This document shows, piece by piece, positions 8,954 through 17,895 of a DNA stretch of 64,000 bases. A model generated the notes under the pieces. The model had not been told where the DNA came from. It saw nothing but the letters and a program-made list of their open reading frames with translations, and did no database searches. Numbering within the stretch: position 1 is the stretch's first letter; each line of letters opens with the position of its first letter. Both the position numbers and the translations under genes were made by a program. Source of the stretch: Patescibacteria group bacterium (GTDB taxonomy: Bacteria > Patescibacteriota > Microgenomatia > 2-02-FULL-39-11); NCBI GenBank assembly GCA_023379265.1, contig JAMCUI010000009.1:36091-100090 (forward strand), in the 5' to 3' direction.

Positions 8954-9350
8954 GGCGGCAATAGGACCATATTCACAAGCCATCAAGCTGGGTAATCTGG
9001 TTTTTTGTGCTGGAAATATAGGAGTGGATCCAAAAACAAACATATTAAGCGATAAAGGGATAAAAGAACAGACGAAACTTGCTTTAGAGAATATAAAGAA
9101 CATTCTTTCTTCAGCCGGTTCTGGTATGGAAAACGTGTTGAAGACAACTGTTTATCTGAAAAGCATGGATGATTTTGCCTCTATGAATGAAGTTTATGCC
9201 ACTTTTTTTTCCAAGCCGTATCCGGCACGTGCAACTATTGCTGTGGCTAAATTGCCAAAGGATGCTTTAGTTGAGATAGAATGTATAGCTTTTACAAAAG
9301 ATAAGAAAGGAGAATGTTGCGGCGAGGGCGATTGCGGCTGCTGCGACTAA
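8922..9350 (+). CDS. ridA: RidA/YjgF-family reactive enamine/imine deaminase with a C-terminal Cys-rich tail
   Basis: 142 aa with YjgF/TdcF signatures (AIGPYSQA..., ...ARATIAV). Strong RBS aaggagg. Unusual C-terminal extension KKGECCGEGDCGCCD. Confidence 0.8.
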   Translation: MKIEVDTKKAPAAIGPYSQAIKLGNLVFCAGNIGVDPKTNILSDKGIKEQTKLALENIKNILSSAGSGMENVLKTTVYLKSMDDFASMNEVYATFFSKPYPARATIAVAKLPKDALVEIECIAFTKDKKGECCGEGDCGCCD

Positions 9351-9356
9351 AATAAT

Positions 9357-10280
9357 ATGGCTGAGTCAAAAACTTTCCCTTTTGCTTTTTTTGAGGGGAA
9401 AATAATTCCTACTGAGCTTGCACGGGTTAACATCATGACCAATGCTCTTCAGTACGGCAACGGTATTTTTGGCGGTATAAGGGGGTATGTGGCCGAGGGT
9501 AAAAAATCTGTAAATATTTTTAGAGTGAACGACCACTATAAAAGATTTTTAAGTTCCCTGAAAATTTTAAATAAGTCTATTCGATATAGCCAGAGATACC
9601 TTATTGACATCACAGTAGAACTGGCAAAAAAAAACAATCCTAGAACCGATTGTTACTTCCGTCCATTTGCTTATGCCAAGAATTTTGAGATTTCACCTGA
9701 TTTAAGTAAGCTGGAATTTGATTTTGCCATGTATATGATTCCTCTGGGAGAGTATTTACCAGTGAGTAAGGGTTTGAAGTTGGCTATCTCCAATTGGGTC
9801 AGGATAAATGACAATATGATTCCTTCCCGGGCTAAAGTGACGGGAGGGTATATCAATTCTTCCCTAGCTAAAGGAGATGCAGCAAAACTGGGTTGTGATG
9901 ACGCTCTTATGCTTTCTTCCGACGGTCATTTGGCTGAGGGAAGTGGGGCAAATTTCTTTATGATAAGGGACGGGGTACTTATAACAAGCCCAAAATATAA
10001 TGATGTCCTTGAAGGTATAACCAGAAGAACTATTTTAGAGTTGGCGGGTGAATTAAAGATTTCTATAGAGGAAAGAGAAATAGACAGGACTGAAGTTTAT
10101 ATAGCTGATGAAGCTTTCCTCTCAGGGACCGGAGCTCAAGTCGCTTGGATTACAGAGGTTGACGGACGGACAATAGGGGAAGGGAAAATGGGGCCAATTA
10201 CGGGGAAAATTCAAAAACTTTTTTTTGATATTGTCCGTGGTAAGGATAAGAAATATGCCGGTTGGCTGACAAAAATATAA
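9357..10280 (+). CDS. ilvE: branched-chain amino acid aminotransferase (class IV PLP)
   Basis: 307 aa, fold-type IV aminotransferase (EAFLSGTGAQV, catalytic-Lys region). Last biosynthetic gene of the ilv operon. Confidence 0.85.
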   Translation: MAESKTFPFAFFEGKIIPTELARVNIMTNALQYGNGIFGGIRGYVAEGKKSVNIFRVNDHYKRFLSSLKILNKSIRYSQRYLIDITVELAKKNNPRTDCYFRPFAYAKNFEISPDLSKLEFDFAMYMIPLGEYLPVSKGLKLAISNWVRINDNMIPSRAKVTGGYINSSLAKGDAAKLGCDDALMLSSDGHLAEGSGANFFMIRDGVLITSPKYNDVLEGITRRTILELAGELKISIEEREIDRTEVYIADEAFLSGTGAQVAWITEVDGRTIGEGKMGPITGKIQKLFFDIVRGKDKKYAGWLTKI

Positions 10281-10312
10281 AATTGTTTACAAAGAATTGT
10301 TGGAGGGAGAAT

Positions 10313-10606
10313 ATGACAAAATACCAAAAATATTTTCGGGAAATGTTGGATAAGAATGAATATCTTTTTACCGAGTTTAAGCGCATACATGACAGTTATA
10401 CGCTTGATCCCGTCAAGTATGAAAATGAATTCAATAAACTAGGTAAAGAAGTGGTTGATGAGGTTAGGGAATGGGAGAGAAAGTTGTGCAGTCAAAGCGA
10501 ACGGGGGCAATACGGAGTGTTTTCGGCGGGATTGGCTGATAAATTTTGGAAGGAGGTCAGGATTTATTTTCCAAAGATTGATTTTGTAGGAGTCAAAATA
10601 TCGTAA
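10313..10606 (+). CDS. hypothetical protein (about 97 aa)
   Basis: ORF with RBS ggaggga before ATG 10313. No recognisable domain. Convergent with leuB. Confidence 0.35.
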   Translation: MTKYQKYFREMLDKNEYLFTEFKRIHDSYTLDPVKYENEFNKLGKEVVDEVREWERKLCSQSERGQYGVFSAGLADKFWKEVRIYFPKIDFVGVKIS

Positions 10607-10625
10607 ACATCATTCTTCGGAATTA

Positions 10626-11699
10626 TTAGATATATGAGACTATTTTATCACCTGTCTCTTTTGTGCCCAAGATTTTATTTTCAGGCGTATTTTTGTCTTT
10701 TATATCGGGAGTGCGGTAGCCTGATTTGATAAATTTCTCAATAGCTTTTTCTACGATTTTTGCCTCGTCTCCCATCCGGAAACTAATCCTTAACATCATT
10801 ACTATAGAAAGGATGGTAGCCAGGGGGTTTGCAGTATTTTTTCCTGCCGCTTTATTGTAGGCACCATGGATTGGTTCAAATAGGGAATATTTTTTTCCTA
10901 TTGAAGCTGACGGAAGAAGGCCGATAGATCCGCTTATAACCGATGCTTCGTCAGTAAGGATATCCCCAAACATATTTTCTGTCAAAATGACATCAAATTG
11001 TGCCGGATTTTTAATAATTTGCATGGCGGCATTATCGACAAACATATGATTTAGTATTACTGATGGAAAACTTCGGGCAACTTTTTCCACAGTTTCCCGC
11101 CACAATCTTGATGTCTCAAGTACATTGGCTTTATCAACGCTCGTGACTCTTTTTTGGCGTTTTTGTGCAAGATTAAAGGCTACATTAGCAATATTTATGA
11201 CTTCTTCTTTTGAATAAATTGACGTGTCAACGGCAATATTCCCCTTATTTTTTCGCAACCTTGGTTGGCCGAAATAGATACCTCCAGTAAGTTCCCTAAC
11301 AACAACCATATCAACTCCTTCTACTCTTTCTTTTTTGAGCGGTGAGATTTCTGATAAGTTTTTAAATAGTATAATTGGACGGATGTTAGCAAAAAGTTCA
11401 AGAGATTTGCGCAATTTCAAAAGTCCCTGTTCGGGTCTTATTTTTGCTTCAGGGTTGTTGTCATATTTTGGATCTCCAATTGCGCCAAAAAGCACAGCAT
11501 CGGAACTTTTACAGAGTTTCAGAGTTTCAGATGGGAGCGGGCCGCCAGTCTTATCTATGGCAATACTACCTATAAGGCCTTCCTGAAAGATAAACTGGTG
11601 ATTGAATTTCTCTCCGACTTTTTTCAAGACTTTTACCGCTTCCCAGGTTACCTCCGGGCCTACACCGTCTCCAGCTAATAATGCAATTTTCTTTTTCAT
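10626..11699 (-). CDS. leuB: 3-isopropylmalate dehydrogenase
   Basis: 357 aa. N-terminal LLAGDGVGPEV and an isocitrate/IPM dehydrogenase fold. Last gene of the minus-strand leu operon. Confidence 0.9.
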   Translation of the reverse strand: MKKKIALLAGDGVGPEVTWEAVKVLKKVGEKFNHQFIFQEGLIGSIAIDKTGGPLPSETLKLCKSSDAVLFGAIGDPKYDNNPEAKIRPEQGLLKLRKSLELFANIRPIILFKNLSEISPLKKERVEGVDMVVVRELTGGIYFGQPRLRKNKGNIAVDTSIYSKEEVINIANVAFNLAQKRQKRVTSVDKANVLETSRLWRETVEKVARSFPSVILNHMFVDNAAMQIIKNPAQFDVILTENMFGDILTDEASVISGSIGLLPSASIGKKYSLFEPIHGAYNKAAGKNTANPLATILSIVMMLRISFRMGDEAKIVEKAIEKFIKSGYRTPDIKDKNTPENKILGTKETGDKIVSYI

Positions 11700-13597
11700 A
11701 GGTAAATTCTGGGATCAACTATCTTACCCGCGATTGCAGCAGCGGTGACTGTGACCGGTGAGGCCAGAAAAATCTTGGCTTCGCGGGAACCCATTCTGCC
11801 GATATAATTTCTGTTTGACGAAGATATCATTTGCGCTCCGGCTCCGACAACTCCCATGTGTTTACCAAAACATGGTCCACAGTTGGATGATTCGATATTG
11901 GCTCCGGCATCGGCAAAAAGCGTCAGTATGCCGTCTTTTAGCAGTCTGTTATAAACTTTTCTTGAGGCAGGTATTACTACAAAGTTTACCTGAGGATTTA
12001 CCTTCCTGTCTTTTATTACCTTTGCCGCCACCACAAAATCTTCATACCGGCCATTTGTGCAGGCTCCCAAAAAAGCATCTGTTATGTGAAGAGAATTGAC
12101 TCCGGCAAAATCCACATTTTTTGATTTTTGGGATTTACGCATATACTGATCTAGTTTACTTACAGGTGTGACATTTCCCGGTTTATGGGGGAATGCCACC
12201 ATCGGTTCAAGAGAGGATAAATCAATATTGATAATTTTTTCATAATTGCAGTTCCTATCAGGCATATAAGCTTTATAGGGATATTTGGCTCTTTTATCAA
12301 TATATTTTTTTAATATTTTGTCACACTCAAAAATTGCCGTCCTTGCCCCCATTTCAACAGCCATATTTGCTACAGTGGTTCTGGCATCCATGGAGAGAGA
12401 GGAGAGCGCTGGGCCACCAAACTCGACTATTCTTCTTGATGCTCCATCCACTCCCAATTTACCTATTAAATAAAGAATAATATCTTTGGAAAATGTACCC
12501 TTGCCAAGTTTCCCGTGAAGATTTACCCTGATTGTTTTTGGTACTTCAAAATCGTAGAGATATCCTGTGGGTAGAGCGAAACTTGCATCAGTGGTGCCGA
12601 CACCAAAAGCCAAGGTGTTTAGGGCTCCGCTGGTGTCAGTGTGCGAGTCCGTGCCCAGAATAATTTCTCCGGGAACGATTTGGCCATCTTCTATAAGGAC
12701 GACATGTTCTATCCCATCTCCCTCCTTGTAGCATTTGATCCCCTGATTTTTGGCAAACTTCTCCATAAAATCTATTCCTTCAGAAACTGCAACTGATGAG
12801 GAGGGGACAGTATGGTCTGGGATAAGAAATACTCTTTTTTTATCAAATACATGGAATTTCTTTTTGTTTTTTGCATATATGTCGGAGAAATTGGATAAAC
12901 TGTCATTTAGTGCTGGAGGTGCAATGACTTCATTGAAAAAAAGGATATCTATGGATAATTTTTCCAGCTTATCGCCTGCAGAAGCATCATATCCCAGATG
13001 GTCTGAAATTATTTTTTCGGCAATAGTCTTCGGTTTGGACGATTTTATATTTGTTCTGACAAAATCAATCTTCTTCCTGTCGGCTTTTTTCAATAATTCG
13101 GATAGATGATTTCTGATTCTTCCGATTTTTCCTCCAAGAATAAATGTTTTGGCTACCTCTTCATCCATTTTGAATCCAACTTTTTTTCTGCCGTTTATCT
13201 TTATTTCCTTTTTCTCAAGATTAATCGCAAGCCGATCCGATTTGTGAAATTGGATAATATCGTCCATTGTGATTAAGACAAGTCCGTTATTCAGACAGTT
13301 ACGGAAAAATATATCAGGATACGATTTGGCAATGATTGCTTTTACACCGTTTTCCTGCAACGCATAGACTGCCTGTTCTCGGGATGAGCCGCACCCAAAA
13401 TTTTCACCGGCTACAATTATGTTATTGTTCTCTTTATTGTTGAGGTTTACAAAATCTTTGTCATAATTGGCAAAAGCATATTTGGCAAAAAAAGACCGCT
13501 TTGTAGATTCCTGAAGTGTCCAAGCAGGAATTATATCATCAGTATTTATGTCGTCAGGAAAGATGGAAGTAATTTTCCCGGAAATATCGGTAATCAT
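11696..13597 (-). CDS. leuDC: 3-isopropylmalate dehydratase, single-chain fusion with small-subunit (LeuD) domain N-terminal and large-subunit (LeuC) domain C-terminal
   Basis: N-terminal ~180 aa carry LeuD motifs (IIVAGENFGCGSSREQAVYAL, IFFRNC). The remainder carries LeuC motifs (GTDSHTDTSGALN, SSNCGPCFGK, SSSNRNYIGRMG). Start set at the internal ATG 13597, 1 nt after the leuA stop; the ORF-track start 13621 would overlap leuA by 23 nt. Confidence 0.8.
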   Translation of the reverse strand: MITDISGKITSIFPDDINTDDIIPAWTLQESTKRSFFAKYAFANYDKDFVNLNNKENNNIIVAGENFGCGSSREQAVYALQENGVKAIIAKSYPDIFFRNCLNNGLVLITMDDIIQFHKSDRLAINLEKKEIKINGRKKVGFKMDEEVAKTFILGGKIGRIRNHLSELLKKADRKKIDFVRTNIKSSKPKTIAEKIISDHLGYDASAGDKLEKLSIDILFFNEVIAPPALNDSLSNFSDIYAKNKKKFHVFDKKRVFLIPDHTVPSSSVAVSEGIDFMEKFAKNQGIKCYKEGDGIEHVVLIEDGQIVPGEIILGTDSHTDTSGALNTLAFGVGTTDASFALPTGYLYDFEVPKTIRVNLHGKLGKGTFSKDIILYLIGKLGVDGASRRIVEFGGPALSSLSMDARTTVANMAVEMGARTAIFECDKILKKYIDKRAKYPYKAYMPDRNCNYEKIINIDLSSLEPMVAFPHKPGNVTPVSKLDQYMRKSQKSKNVDFAGVNSLHITDAFLGACTNGRYEDFVVAAKVIKDRKVNPQVNFVVIPASRKVYNRLLKDGILTLFADAGANIESSNCGPCFGKHMGVVGAGAQMISSSNRNYIGRMGSREAKIFLASPVTVTAAAIAGKIVDPRIYL

Positions 13598-13598
13598 A

Positions 13599-15110
13599 TC
13601 AGTGAATCTTATTAACAGCATCTATATAAGCCATTGCTGCAGCGACTATGGTGTCGGTGTGAATTCCTGAACCGAAAGATTCCTTTTTGCCGTTTTGCAC
13701 TCCCACGTATACTTTAGCCATGGCGTTTGATCCTATTGTGGCGGCCTGGATAAGAAATTGCGTCAGTTTGTGATTTTGACCGAGACAAGTGTCTATGGCA
13801 TTAAAACTGGCATCTATTGGGCCGTCACCGGTACCTGTAGCTTCCTTATTTTTTCCATCGACTGACAACCTTACGGTTGAAGTGGGAATATTTTTATTCC
13901 CTGAAATTGTTTGGATGAGCACGAGTTTTATTTTTTTGTGGTTTGTTTCATCTTTTTGGCCCATAAGATAATATAGATCCTCGTCATAAATTTCTTTTTT
14001 GATGTCAGCAAGTTTCAAAAATTCCTTATAGACAGAGTTCAATTTATCCTGTGTCAGATCAAAACCTATTTTTTCCAGCTTGTGACGAAGTGCTGCACGG
14101 CCTGATCGGGCTGTGAGAATAATTTTTGAAGAAGTCAATCCTACAGCCCTTGGGTCAATTATTTCGTAATTTTCCCTTCTTTTCAGTACTCCGTCTTGGT
14201 GTATTCCTGATGAATGGGAAAAAGCGTTGGCTCCGATTATGGCCTTATTCGGTTGGACAGGAATGCCCATAATCTGCGAAACCATCTGGCTGGTTTTGTA
14301 AATTTCGCCGGTCTTAATTCTTGTTGTATAAGACAGATAATCGCGTCGTGTGTAAAGCGCCATGATTACTTCCTCAAGTGAGGTATTTCCTGCTCTTTCG
14401 CCAATTCCGTTCATTGTTACCTCTACCTGTCTTGCTCCGTTAAAAACACCAAACAAAGTGTTGGCTGTAGCTACACCCAGATCATTATGACAATGTACAG
14501 AAATGATGGCTTTATCAATATTGGGTACATTTTTGGTGATATATTTTATTTTTTGGCCAAATTCTTCGGGAAAACAATAACCAGTGGTATCGGGAATATT
14601 GACGACTGTTGCTCCTGCAGTTATTACCTTCATAATCATTTCCGAAAGAAATTTATTATCTGCGCGTCCGGCATCTTCAGCATAAAATTCCACGTCAGAA
14701 ACAAATTTTTTGGCATACCGGACAGCCTCAATCGCCCTTTCTAGTATATCTTTTCGGTTTGATTTGAATTTGTACTTTATATGGACATCTGAGACACCGA
14801 TTCCGGTATGTATCCGGGGACTTTGTGCGTATTTAAGCGCTTTGGCGGCGCATTCTATATCTTCTTTTATGGCACGAGTCAGGCCGCAGACGGTACAGTT
14901 TCTGACTATTTTTGAGACAGCCACGATTGATTCAAAATCCCCAGGTGAAGAGATAGGAAATCCTGCTTCAATTATGTCCACTCCCAACTTTTCTAATTGT
15001 CTGGCCAATTCAACTTTTTGGGAAGTGTTCAATTTAGCCCCAGGTGACTGTTCGCCGTCACGCAGTGTTGTGTCAAAGACAAAGATTTTATTTTTCATGA
15101 AGTTTATCAA
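13599..15110 (-). CDS. leuA: 2-isopropylmalate synthase (or citramalate synthase) with C-terminal LeuA-dimer regulatory domain
   Basis: HMGL-like TIM barrel ([20 protein letters not shown]) plus a C-terminal allosteric domain ([14 protein letters not shown]). Start is TTG 15110 or ATG 15098. Confidence 0.85.
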   Translation of the reverse strand: MINFMKNKIFVFDTTLRDGEQSPGAKLNTSQKVELARQLEKLGVDIIEAGFPISSPGDFESIVAVSKIVRNCTVCGLTRAIKEDIECAAKALKYAQSPRIHTGIGVSDVHIKYKFKSNRKDILERAIEAVRYAKKFVSDVEFYAEDAGRADNKFLSEMIMKVITAGATVVNIPDTTGYCFPEEFGQKIKYITKNVPNIDKAIISVHCHNDLGVATANTLFGVFNGARQVEVTMNGIGERAGNTSLEEVIMALYTRRDYLSYTTRIKTGEIYKTSQMVSQIMGIPVQPNKAIIGANAFSHSSGIHQDGVLKRRENYEIIDPRAVGLTSSKIILTARSGRAALRHKLEKIGFDLTQDKLNSVYKEFLKLADIKKEIYDEDLYYLMGQKDETNHKKIKLVLIQTISGNKNIPTSTVRLSVDGKNKEATGTGDGPIDASFNAIDTCLGQNHKLTQFLIQAATIGSNAMAKVYVGVQNGKKESFGSGIHTDTIVAAAMAYIDAVNKIH

Positions 15111-15111
15111 T

Positions 15112-15143
15112 AATAAAAAAACTCTCTTTGTTGAGAGAGTTTA
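15112..15143 (-). terminator. rho-independent terminator-type hairpin immediately upstream of leuA start (putative attenuator)
   Basis: On the minus strand: AACTCTCT-caacaa-AGAGAGTT followed by TTTTTTAT, ending about 2 nt before the leuA start codon. The promoter lies ~150 nt upstream. Confidence 0.45.
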
Positions 15144-15262
15144 TATTTGTCTGTTTGTAAATAGTTTATTCGCTAATTTTCTACCCTCTCAAACCATTAG
15201 AAATCTCCTCTGAAGGAGGAGATCAAGGCTTGAAAGAGTCAGATTTCGCATAAGAATAGTTT

Positions 15263-15291
15263 AATATACGACATTTTGATTTTAGTGTCAA
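15263..15291 (-). promoter_or_regulatory. sigma70-like promoter for the leuA-leuDC-leuB operon (TTGACA-17-TATATT on minus strand)
   Basis: Minus-strand reading gives TTGACActaaaatcaaaatgtcgTATATT. It overlaps a divergent plus-strand promoter. Confidence 0.4.
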
Positions 15292-15304
15292 CATTTGTTA
15301 TACT
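15276..15304 (+). promoter_or_regulatory. sigma70-like promoter (TTGATT-17-TATACT) for the methyltransferase-cutA unit
   Basis: Plus-strand -35/-10 hexamers with 17-nt spacer, ~18 nt upstream of ATG 15322. Confidence 0.35.
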
Positions 15305-15321
15305 CTATAAAAGCCGCTTTA

Positions 15322-15950
15322 TGCGACTAACCCACCTACATCTTTTTGATTACCTTTATCGCGCGTATAACGCGTGGCCTCGGATTTATGACGGAATTAC
15401 CCAACTGTTTTCCATCGGTCAATGGGAAAAATGGCAGAATCGGGTATTTGATGATTTAGAAGGCAAAAAAATACTGGAAATCGGTGTTGGCCCGGGACAT
15501 CTGCTTTTAAAGATGGTTCAGAAAGGGTATCGAGTAACTGGTCTGGAACTTCGAAAAGGTATGGCCTATGAGGCGAGGAGAAAGGTAAAGAAAGCGGGTT
15601 TGGATATTGATATTTTACAGCAGTCAGTATACCGCCTTCCGTTTAAGAGTGAAACGTTTGATTGTATCGTGATGACGTTTGTCTTAGCTGAGATTGTAAA
15701 TTTAGATAAAGCAATAATCGAGATGAAAAGAGTATTGAAAAAAGGCGGAAAAGTGATTGTTATAGCTGGAGGTATTCCTCAGGACAGAAATATTATCGCC
15801 AAATTATTATTTAAGTTCATTGGCAGTCAGACTACGCTCAGAATTGAGAGAGATAATAAGGGTTATTTTGAAAGATACGGATTTGCCGTGACTCGCACTG
15901 ATTTTGGCCCCTTTAACGTGGTTAATAAGATTGTCTCCATAAAGAAATGA
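15322..15950 (+). CDS. class I SAM-dependent methyltransferase (Methyltransf_11/UbiE-like)
   Basis: SAM-binding motif I LEIGVGPG, and motifs post I/II/III (DCIVMTFVL, LKKGGKVIV). The ORF-track start at 15276 is probably upstream extension. Confidence 0.75.
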
Positions 15951-16258
15951 AGATTTTATATGTCCCCTGTAAAGATTTACATGAAGCAAAACTAATCGCA
16001 CGATCAATGATTGAAGCGAAGTTGGCAGCGTGTGTGAATATAATTCCTTCAATTTTTTCTGTATACCGATGGAAAGGTAAAATCGAAGAGCAAAAAGAAG
16101 CGTTAATTATAATAAAGACGAGTTCAAATCTTGTTGACAAGGCAGTTTCTCATATCCAAAGGATTCATTCATATAATACTCCCGAAATCATTATTTTTGA
16201 TAAAACCGATACGACGAAAGCGATAGATAAATGGCTTGGAGAAGAATTGACGGGTTAA
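15947..16258 (+). CDS. cutA: divalent-cation tolerance protein CutA
   Basis: 103 aa. CutA1 fold motifs (AACVNIIP..., YRWKGKIE, SYNTPEII). ATGA overlap with the upstream gene. Confidence 0.8.
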   Translation: MKILYVPCKDLHEAKLIARSMIEAKLAACVNIIPSIFSVYRWKGKIEEQKEALIIIKTSSNLVDKAVSHIQRIHSYNTPEIIIFDKTDTTKAIDKWLGEELTG

Positions 16259-16289
16259 TAAAAGGGAATCTTGAATTATTTCTGTCAAT

Positions 16290-16318
16290 AAAAACCCCTC
16301 TAAAAAGAGGGGTTTTTG
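16290..16318. terminator. bidirectional rho-independent terminator
   Basis: AAAAA-CCCCTCT-aaaa-AGAGGGG-TTTTT. Lies between cutA (+) and the convergent small minus-strand gene. Confidence 0.6.
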
Positions 16319-16463
16319 GTAATTACCGATTTGAAAATTTCAAATAAGTTTAATGTTGTACCCAAACTTATAATCCACTTCCACAATTCAACTTTCATAT
16401 TGAATCAGAAATATTCATTTGAGTACGGGAAGGTAAAACATTAAATTTACCAAATTACCTATT

Positions 16464-16604
16464 TCAGCCGCCAATTTTGTACATTCCTGTACCGCAGACT
16501 GGGCATTTACCTTTCATAGCGGGTTTGCCGTTTTTCATGGTAACTTTGGTAGCGTTTGGATCGTCTCTTTTTGCGCGGCATTTTACACAATACATCTGTG
16601 CCAT
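16464..16604 (-). CDS. small zinc-ribbon protein (DUF5679-like), 46 aa; not in the ORF track (<60 aa)
   Basis: ATG at 16604 preceded by the strong RBS agggaggtg. Product MAQMYCVKCRAKRDDPNATKVTMKNGKPAMKGKCPVCGTGMYKIGG has CxxC...CxxC. Confidence 0.55.
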   Translation of the reverse strand: MAQMYCVKCRAKRDDPNATKVTMKNGKPAMKGKCPVCGTGMYKIGG

Positions 16605-16686
16605 TAATATTCACCTCCCTTCATTATGTCAAATCTAAATCAATGCTATAAAAAGATTCTTTCTGACAGAAAACTGATTTATTGTT

Positions 16687-17073
16687 TTAAGCCCTATGTA
16701 GCAGAAAATATAGCACACCTTGAAGCAGGAATGCAAACACGGTGAATATAGTAATTTTTATCAAGTCGTGCCTGACATAAGAATAATCAGTCATTAATGA
16801 GGACGATTTGGGCTTTGGGATAGTCTGAATATTTGATGTACCACTAAAGCTATCCCGTATGGAATAGCTTGTTTTGTCAGTTGTTAATTGGCTCTTGACA
16901 GAAGTGTCAGTAAGACTGATAGAGATACTACTGCTATTACGGCGGGGAAAACGCGTTTCATCATTTTTTTTAGAAATATGCGATTGAGGTTGAATTACAG
17001 AATGAATATCGGCAACTGCCATTTTGCGGTGTAGTTCAGCCAAGAGTTTCTGCTTTTTTGTTTTCTTAGGCAT
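16687..17073 (-). CDS. hypothetical Ser/Thr-rich protein with C-terminal transmembrane anchor
   Basis: 128 aa ORF with low-complexity S/T-rich middle and a hydrophobic C-terminal helix. No recognisable domain. Confidence 0.35.
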   Translation of the reverse strand: MPKKTKKQKLLAELHRKMAVADIHSVIQPQSHISKKNDETRFPRRNSSSISISLTDTSVKSQLTTDKTSYSIRDSFSGTSNIQTIPKPKSSSLMTDYSYVRHDLIKITIFTVFAFLLQGVLYFLLHRA

Positions 17074-17174
17074 GGGGCCAAGATATCATATTGACATAAA
17101 GTTGTAAAGTAAGTACAATCTGAATACTTCGTTTACTCATTCGGAGAATAGTTGTTGAAATTCCGATTAATTTT

Positions 17175-17762
17175 TTGGTTGGAAACATAAAAGTGGTTGA
17201 AAATATTACTCTCATAATTTTAGCTTTTATCCTTATATGGTTAGGCGTATTGAGTTTTTATCTTTATAAATCATTGGCTCATTATGGTAAGCTGACAAGA
17301 CTGACTGGTAAGGAACAATTGGGTGATATTTTAGATGGTATTGTTGATAAATTAAAAGGAAACAGTAATGAACTTGAACTTTTAAGGAAGGAACTGGAGA
17401 AAGTCATAAATGAAAATAAATATCATATACAGAGAGTAGGTATTCTTCGGTTTAATCCTTTTTCTGATGTTGGGGGAGAACAGAGTTTTGTCTTGGCCGT
17501 TCTTGATAGTTGTGATACGGGTATTGTCTTGACGTCTCTTCACAATAGAGGTGCAACCCGTTGGTATGTGAAAAGTGTCAAGGAAGGGAAGGGATTAGAT
17601 TTTCAATTGTCAGAAGAGGAAAAAAAGGTTATTGCCATTGCTGGAAATCTATCAAAGGAGAGAAAGGAAAAGACGACAATAAGACAAAATGGTCAAACTG
17701 GTTCACAAACGGGTTATTTGAGAAGCGGCCGTGTTACGATAAGGAAGATAGGTTCGGATTAG
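17175..17762 (+). CDS. DUF4446-family membrane protein
   Basis: N-terminal TM helix, then the conserved GILRFNPFSDVGGEQSFVLAVLDSCDTGIVLTSLHNRGATRWYVK block typical of DUF4446. The 3' end may be shorter than the ORF. Confidence 0.6.
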   Translation: MVGNIKVVENITLIILAFILIWLGVLSFYLYKSLAHYGKLTRLTGKEQLGDILDGIVDKLKGNSNELELLRKELEKVINENKYHIQRVGILRFNPFSDVGGEQSFVLAVLDSCDTGIVLTSLHNRGATRWYVKSVKEGKGLDFQLSEEEKKVIAIAGNLSKERKEKTTIRQNGQTGSQTGYLRSGRVTIRKIGSD

Positions 17763-17895
17763 AAGAGATTATTCCAACCAGATATTTATTCAGAAAGCTT
17801 GACAGACATAAATATATATCTTAAAAAAAAGGATTAATTAGTTGACGTAATCGCCGGAAAAATGTAGGATTGTAATTATTTTGTAATTTATTCTT

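Noticed and set aside
11758-13109. Plus-strand ORFs antisense to leuDC (11758-12099, 12285-12473, 12750-13109)
   Set aside because: They are antisense to a conserved aconitase-family gene and show no independent signals.
14710-15213. 167-aa plus-strand ORF spanning leuA 5' end and its leader
   Set aside because: It overlaps leuA antisense and runs through the leader/terminator. It has no RBS and a low-complexity product.
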